The translations under genes and the position numbers were made by a program. A stretch of DNA of 62,171 bases, counting the filler, from Stramenopiles sp. TOSAG23-2 (taxonomy: Eukaryota): the NCBI GenBank assembly GCA_900128395.1. It is 3 parts of 3 records of this genome, joined end to end, with 100 filler letters (N's around TTAATTAATTAA, not from the genome) between each part and the next. Parts side by side here need not be neighbours in the genome. Positions count along the whole stretch, not along the records: positions 41,547 to 62,171 come from LT649554.1; 2 more parts are not named here. One strand, given 5' to 3'. Positions 55,426 through 62,171 of this stretch are shown here, in pieces. Below the pieces are notes generated by a model. The model was not told where the DNA came from. It did no database searches and saw only the letters and a list, made by a program, of their open reading frames with translations. How positions within the stretch are numbered: position 1 is the stretch's first letter; each line of letters starts with the position of its first letter.

Positions 55426-56796
55426 AATTGCTTTGGTTTAATAATGCAATTAAATACCTATCTTTTTCTATTTATGAAAATAATATCCAGATTGCCAACA
55501 CACTGTATAGATGTATAATCTTATGCGTGTCGTTTATTATATATGGTACTAAATTATGGTATAGTTGAAATATTTGTTTGTTGAAATGTATATCATTTCG
55601 TATCATATGTTTTAGTCTGATCATCAAGTATACTATGTATATATTAATATGGTGGTAAAAAATAATTATAGTATTATAGTACTATAGTATATAAATATTA
55701 TTATTATTATTGTTATTCCAGCACCCAGTATTATATTGTGCACAACATTATTTTTTTTTGTTTTTTTTGTTTTTGTTTTTTTTTTTTGTTTTTTTTGGCA
55801 AAAAAGCAAAAAGCCGCGGCGTGAGGATTTAGTAGACAGAATTATTATTCTAACAAGTATAAAATAAACAAAAAACAATTTTTTCATTTTTTATCAGTTG
55901 AAAGAATTTCCTACCTGTAATACATGTATTTATATATTTCCATTTTGGAAGATAATTAAGATAAAAATGTATAAATGTCGACATACACAATAATAAATAC
56001 ATCTTCCATACTATTATTATATATAGTAAACATAAGTATATTAATAGAAAATATATTAATTGTTTTTTGATATTTTAAAAATATACGTGAATAAGAAGTC
56101 AAAATAATTAGGAAATTCGCATATTTCCATCCTGTTGTAGCGTTTCTTTTTTTACGGAGTTAGCGTACGTAAAACTATATAGTCTAAAAATGGTGTTAGT
56201 TGTCCCTAATCAATAATTTATGCATTATACTATTGAAATATCCGAAAACGTCAATATAAGAAGCATGGAAAGGTATAAGTTAGAGAGACCCAAAAAAGAT
56301 TGCTGCGATGTGCAGGCTGGTATTATATACCACCATATACCACCTGGTGGCCTGGTGGTAGTTGGGTAGTTGGTATAATAATAATTAATAGTACTATTTT
56401 TTTTTGGCGTTATTATTATGTGCTTAATAAATAAGAAGAAGTGCCAGCAGAGTGGTGCTTCAGCTTAATTAATAATAATAATAAACATATTTATGTATAT
56501 GAAGAGCAAGAATCAATTGTAAGTTATAACAACAATAAATCTGAAAAGAGTCCGGTATTACTGCATTCATTCAACGATTTAAAAAGATTGAACACCCAAA
56601 TTTGTTATAACCATACTGATAAGGCCGATACATAAATAATAAAGCCATATCCCAGGAAATTGTGTTTATTATAATATTGTTCTGATCGCAGCGTGTATAT
56701 AAAGCATATCACAAGTATTTTTGGTGGTTAATTGTTTATAACATTTATAATTAATAATAATATATTAATAATAAAAATAATAACAAGAAGATTGTT

Positions 56797-57906
56797 ATGT
56801 TTGGTGGTGGTACCAATGACACTGCGGTAAGCGCTGAAGAATTTGAGGAGATGAGAAATGAATTAGAAAATTTAAAAGAAGAACATCAAGATGTTACAGC
56901 AGAACTTGAAGAAGTTACAACAGACTTTGATGCTTTACAAGAAGAATATGATACTCTAAATAATAATCATAAGGAACTAATAGAAAAGCGTGACCAAGTT
57001 GATGCGGAAAATTCTCGATTGCAAGATCAACTAGCAAAAGAACGAGCGGTACATGAAACATTGAAAGATGATTTAGAGACTGCAAGAGAAGAGTTACTAA
57101 ATTTTAAGCGCTCGCAAAGTACATTAATTGAGGATATAGAAACAAAAATTTCTAACTTAAAGTCACAAGCAAAAACTAAAAGCGGTGATTTAGATAAACT
57201 ATCCAGTTTATTGGCATTGACATTAAACGGCAGTGATCTAAAGAAAAGTTATGAAGTACAATATGAATTAAAGAAAATGAAAACTATAATTGAAACGGAA
57301 AAACAAAAAGCAATAGATGCTAATGATAACATGATAAATGATAGACGTATGTTCCAACTACAAATAAGTAAATTAAAAAGTAAATTGTCAAAGGTCATGT
57401 TAGGTAGTAGAGGTGATATGTCCTTAACTGTTGATAAACTTCGCAAGGAGTTAGTTGCTGTAACAAGTCAATTGCAGCAACTCACATTGGATAAAAATAT
57501 ATTACAACAAAAATTTGACAATTTAGTGGAATCAACTCAACAAGATTTAGATCTGAATGACTCCTTACATAAAGAAGAAGGCGGTTTTAGTATAGGTGAT
57601 ATAGACACATTAACAAATATAGAAATTGAGGAACGTTTAAAATTTATACAAAAATATATGCCTGGAGTGTTGCAAGAATGTGGATATGATATGACTATAG
57701 CGGAGGGTATAACCTCTCGAATGAATAATTTTACAGAAGACTGGTGGAGTGAAAGGGATTTGATTGAGTCTTGTACGAGCGAGAAAACGTTTACTGATGA
57801 TACATTAACATTTAGTGGTAAAAAAAACCATCCTGAACAATTTAAACAGAAAATTAAGAAAGTGACATTTTTTAAAGATTTTGAAAACGAATTTGTTGAC
57901 AATTGA
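56797..57906 (+). CDS. Coiled-coil protein of unknown function
   Basis: 369-aa E/K/L heptad-rich ORF with ATG in AT-rich context. Confidence 0.72.
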   Translation: MFGGGTNDTAVSAEEFEEMRNELENLKEEHQDVTAELEEVTTDFDALQEEYDTLNNNHKELIEKRDQVDAENSRLQDQLAKERAVHETLKDDLETAREELLNFKRSQSTLIEDIETKISNLKSQAKTKSGDLDKLSSLLALTLNGSDLKKSYEVQYELKKMKTIIETEKQKAIDANDNMINDRRMFQLQISKLKSKLSKVMLGSRGDMSLTVDKLRKELVAVTSQLQQLTLDKNILQQKFDNLVESTQQDLDLNDSLHKEEGGFSIGDIDTLTNIEIEERLKFIQKYMPGVLQECGYDMTIAEGITSRMNNFTEDWWSERDLIESCTSEKTFTDDTLTFSGKKNHPEQFKQKIKKVTFFKDFENEFVDN

Positions 57907-57985
57907 GGGAGAGGATTTTAATAACCACTCATCTGTAATAAATTACATTGTAATGTTAGTTTTTTAGAAAAACTTATATTTTATG

Positions 57986-58149
57986 ATATAATATTGGTTA
58001 AAATCTACAAGTTATAATATTTTTACACTTCTCGCGTGTTAAAGTAATATGCTCAATACTCAATCGCAAGAATAATATGTTATCCTACACTACTCGTATA
58101 GTAAAGCTCTAATGCACCTCTGCAAACTAATACTCTACAAGCACAAGTA
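57986..58149 (-). repeat. Dispersed ~155-bp repeat family, copy C (on a different contig)
   Basis: Reverse complement reads tacttgtgcttgtagagtattagtttgcagaggtgcattagagctttactata...cttgcgattgagtattgagcatattactttaacacg...agattttaaccaatat. Confidence 0.9.
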
Positions 58150-58286
58150 TGATATATATAATATTACGCGTATATTATATAATATATGCGAACACTTCAG
58201 AGTATTGCTGTGTGCTCGCAAAAATCTTTCTCTTTCCTCTCAATGCAAGACTCCATTCTCCATTCCCCCAGACAGTTTTTGCTCCT

Positions 58287-59757
58287 TCACAACATTTTAA
58301 CCATTTGTTGAAAATACAATCCATTTCTAAATTCTGGTAAAATATCAAACCATTCGTCTCTTTCTTTCCGTTCTTTTTCTCGGTAACCTAATTTTTTGTA
58401 AAATAATAATAAATCTGGGCTATTAGATAGTAATGGACCATGTGCAAAACATAATTCCATACGTGTCTTGCCATTTGCTATTGCTTTTTTTTCACATTCT
58501 TTCACTAACAAGCTACCAATACCTTTACGTTGCTGCTCGATATCTACGGCAAGGGAGCCGAAGGAACTTGTATTTGATAATGCAGCAGATTCAAAGTCAT
58601 GATGATGAGATGGTGTTAATACAGTTCCACAAATCTTATCTAATATAGTACATACAAGAACTTCAGATCCTTGCACATCCATTGCATATTTTATTTTTTC
58701 TAACGTGGTACGTGGAGGTGGCAACGATGATGATCGGACATGTGAATATGCTGCTTGAAAGGAATTGTTAATAATTTCAACAACATGTGGTAATTCTGCA
58801 TTAGTTGCTTTCCGTATAATTATTGGATGATTACAAGTTGTTTTATTTTTATTATTGTCCATGTTACTATTTGCCAACACTTTATTATTATGATTCCTAT
58901 TATTCGGTTTTGTAGCATTTGCTCTTTTATTAAACATTAGTTCTTCATCTGGGTCATAAATAGCAACAACGTGTTCTTCATAACTATCTTTACAACTATT
59001 TTCACATGAATATATTAAAATCGTTTCCCAATTCATATTCATGGTATTATTACCGTTTGTATCTTGCTCAATTGTTGACAGTAATGATGGCATCAATTGC
59101 ATTTCAAATAAACGATTGCCATTGCATTTTTGACATTTTGGAATCATTGTTGCTTCTTTTACATCATTATCACATTTTTTCTTTGCGTTTTTAATTTTTT
59201 TCTTATTAGTTTTCTTATTTTTGCTCTTTTTGTTCATATTAGATGATGATTTCGATGATGGTGGTAACAATGGTTTTGATCCATATGCATATCGCATACA
59301 TTGATTTGGTACACGTAATATTCTTTGATAAAATTGATTATTATCATTTATATTTGTTAAATCATTAAAATTGTTGTTATTATTATTATTATCATTGTTT
59401 GGCCTTTTTTTTCTACCTTTTTCCACTTCTTTATTATTATTATCTTTATCCTTTTCTTCTTCTTCGCCATATGTAAATGCTTTCATAGGATTATCGATAA
59501 ATTTTTTATATTTTTGATGTATCCTAGAATGATCAATTCCATATTCTTCATATGGTTCTTCCATTATAGTTATCTTCATTTGTGGTATTCCATCACTAAC
59601 GTTTGTGGATTTATTTTTATCTATAATATTATTTGGTTTTCCCATTGCATTGTTCGTTTGAAACATTGATTTAGTTGTATGCATCGCATTGGTTTCCTGC
59701 CGTTGTTGATTTTGTTGGTTTTTTCCCTTCTTTTTCTTCTTCTTTTTCTTCTTGTTT

Positions 59758-59788
<31 letters not shown>

Positions 59789-60368
59789 TACTATTATTAT
59801 TGGTAGATATTGTTAATTGATCTCGCATTGCTAATAATGCATCTAAATCATTATCAGCCCATGCATCCGTATTTTTTAACGCTGCGCTGTTGTTTTTTTT
59901 CGTCGTGCCATCTATACTTGTAAATTTTGTTTTTTCTTCTTGTGGTGTTTGTCTCCAATTTTTTATGCTATCTTCACTATTTTCTACATCTTGTGTTCTA
60001 TATACTTTCCATGAATTATTTCTACTATTACATTGTATATTATTACAACCAAAAATTAATAAACTTCGATGATATTCTACCGGTGCATAAATTTGTGAGA
60101 TAAGAATTAATGGTGCTTTGCAATATTTACATAATGGTATTGTTTTATTTACAATAGAATCATATTTATAATATCCCGGTGTTCCTCCAATATACGTTTC
60201 ATATGGGGAATTGATGTTTGTCTTTGTATTGGATGTGTTTGCTGTAGTTGATGGAATTCCAATTAATACCACTGTTTCCTCATTTTCGATTTTTTTTGGT
60301 AAATGTGAAATGTCATAATTATTATTGTTATCGGTAGTGATACTAGGAGCCGTGACTAGACTTGCCAT
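58287..60368 (-). CDS. PDCD2-like/TSR4 (uS5 chaperone family) protein fused to a C-terminal GNAT acetyltransferase
   Basis: IGGTP...CKYCKAPLILISQIYAP...HRSLLIFGCNNIQC and PNQCMRY...PKCQKCNGNRLFEMQLMP...WETILIYSC (PDCD2_C); then IRKAT...GSLAVDIEQQRKGIGSLLV...FYKKLGY (GNAT). Confidence 0.85.
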
Positions 60369-60801
60369 GATGCTGATAGTATAAATGAATTATTGTTATT
60401 ATTTGCTATTGTATAAAATTTAGTCACCGAATATAATATTTTGTTGCCAAATAGTCCTCATACGATGATGTTAAACATGTTGTCAAGTTACAAGTTGTGT
60501 CCTAACTTCATAAAATATACTTGATATATTATTTTTTCAAGTTGTTTTTTTATCTCATCTATTATAAGTACAGTTTTAACACTACTAATAATAATCATCC
60601 ATTTGCGTAGCTATGTTTAAGGAGGGCGATACATTAATATATAGACACAGCAGCTATAGCTCAATTGTTTTCCTGGTACGATACTTAGAATGGGAATAGC
60701 ATGGAGGCCAAAATATCGCCTGAAAAAGTATCGTACCGCCGTGCTGTGTCGATGCTAGATAAAAGATGAGATGTATTATCGTTCGATAAAATTGTTCTAA
60801 A

Positions 60802-61002
60802 TTTTGGAATCTGAAAATATAAATATGGAAATCATGATAGTATTTATAAGTTTTTATAACTATTAAAATAATTCATTATATTTAATATTTTACGGATATT
60901 GTTATTTTTGGAATCTGAAAATATAAATATGGAAATCATGATAGTATTTATAAGTTTTTATGACTTTAATAATAATGTATTATATTTAACATTTTACGGA
61001 TA
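60802..61002. repeat. Two tandem ~97-bp copies (60802-60898, 60906-61002)
   Basis: ttttggaatctgaaaatataaatatggaaatcatgatagtatttataagtttttat...attttacggata occurs twice, period 104. Confidence 0.88.
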
Positions 61003-61310
61003 GTTTTCTAGTATATTTCATATATGCCATAAAAATTGGAAAATTAGAGACTAGAAGTTATACTATACTTAGGTATATTTGACAAAAAGAAATACGTTAC
61101 ATCCTGTACATATAATTTAGAATAGAAATGTACACGCATTAAAAGCACATGTAGACAGACACACAATGAATATTGAGAGAAAACATTGACAATTGGTTGA
61201 AACTGGTCATAATTTTATTCAATACATATACATAAAAATATATTGTGAACAAAAACATTTGTTAGTACAACATTTATTACCAAAAAAAAAAAAAAAAAAA
61301 AAACTATTTA

Positions 61311-61679
61311 AAGTTTAAAAAAAAACAAGATTTTGATCGTAATCGATTAAGAGAAGCATTGGATGGTATTGAATGGAGTGAAACTAGGAAAGCAAATCAA
61401 ATGGAAAAAGATTTACGTCAACGTTTAAAGAATAATACATATGATATGGAACATGCACATAAATTACAAAAGCATATTAAGCCACAAAAAACTATTAAAC
61501 CAGTAGTGGAGAAACGACCAAATTATACACAAACATCAAGTTATTTTCGTGGTAAACAAATGTTGGCACGTTTAGTTGGTAAACGTGAACATGCTATACC
61601 ATCATTATGTGATTTACATGATTTTATGGATGAACCTGAAGGTATTACGTATTATCATAAACCAAAAAGTATTAATTAA
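61311..61679 (+). CDS. Probable 3' exon or fragment of a hypothetical basic protein
   Basis: Open frame KFKKKQDFDRNRLREALDGIEW...KPKSIN* with no ATG at its 5' end; upstream exon not identified. Confidence 0.4.
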   Translation, partial: KFKKKQDFDRNRLREALDGIEWSETRKANQMEKDLRQRLKNNTYDMEHAHKLQKHIKPQKTIKPVVEKRPNYTQTSSYFRGKQMLARLVGKREHAIPSLCDLHDFMDEPEGITYYHKPKSIN

Positions 61680-61852
61680 ATAAAATAAAAATGGCCACAT
61701 ATTCCTAGTAGAGAGGGCGTTATTGTGAGCTCAGATGCAGGCCTTAATATCCTAAAAACAGGATAAAGTAACATTATCAAATAATACAAATAGTATTATC
61801 ATTAATTTAAATATATATCGTTTTTGTTCAATCGAGTCGTCTTCAGTCTTCT

Positions 61853-62171
61853 TCAGTCTTCTTCAGTCTTCTTCTCATCATCATCATTTATACTAACTTT
61901 TTCTTCTGTATCCGCATTATTCTGTCCCTTTGTTGCAACATCTTCGATTGCTACATGTAATCGTTTCATCATTTCGATTATCATCGATTCATGTTCGTAA
62001 TCACGATTTTTACCTTTTGGTCTATATGACATAACTTCATGACCATTTAGCATTTTTCGTATTTTTTCAGCAGTGTCATTACTTGCTTTTGTTTCAGTAT
62101 CACTAGCCTCAAATAACCAATCATCTACTTTTGACATGATGAACAATAATTCTTTTTTTTCATCCAAAACC
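61853..62171 (-). CDS. C-terminal fragment of a hypothetical acidic protein running off the window end
   Basis: Open frame to the window edge; stop lies within a 10-bp (cttcagtctt)n repeat. Confidence 0.5.
   Translation of the reverse strand, partial: VLDEKKELLFIMSKVDDWLFEASDTETKASNDTAEKIRKMLNGHEVMSYRPKGKNRDYEHESMIIEMMKRLHVAIEDVATKGQNNADTEEKVSINDDDEKKTEED

Overview
AT-rich, gene-dense, intron-poor eukaryotic (protist) DNA. A heterotrophic stramenopile-like host is an inference from the gene set (mitochondrial fused CPS, GGGLYI/Cys-rich/multi-TM receptor, Asn-rich linkers). The window is three pieces (1-20700, 20801-41446, 41547-62171) joined by identical 100-nt N-TTAATTAATTAA-N linkers. Their near-equal, descending lengths suggest length-sorted unlinked contigs, so no synteny should be inferred across linkers. 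Recognisable genes: CW-zinc-finger chromatin protein, homoserine kinase, 4CL-like acyl-CoA ligase (2 exons), ERCC8/CSA, C8orf82-like, (6-4) photolyase/cryptochrome, RBBP4/MSI1, IQ protein, peroxisomal PhyH-family dioxygenase, a 3-exon ankyrin protein, fused CPS head-to-head with an ARG5,6-type polyprotein, RPS21, a 3726-aa EF-hand repeat giant and a TSR4/PDCD2L-GNAT fusion. Most notable: (i) an island at ~8.5-14.4 kb with a virus/mobile-element-type N6-adenine DNA methyltransferase beside a repeat-variable surface receptor, both with the same upstream motif; (ii) a ~155-bp dispersed element seen only between convergent gene ends; (iii) a divergent arginine-pathway gene pair with an Arg-rich uORF and an internal mitochondrial-peptidase-like site; (iv) very uniform 76-80 nt introns with an invariant TCTCTAACA branch motif; (v) several unusual domain fusions. 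All family assignments are from motif recognition by eye; no searches were run.
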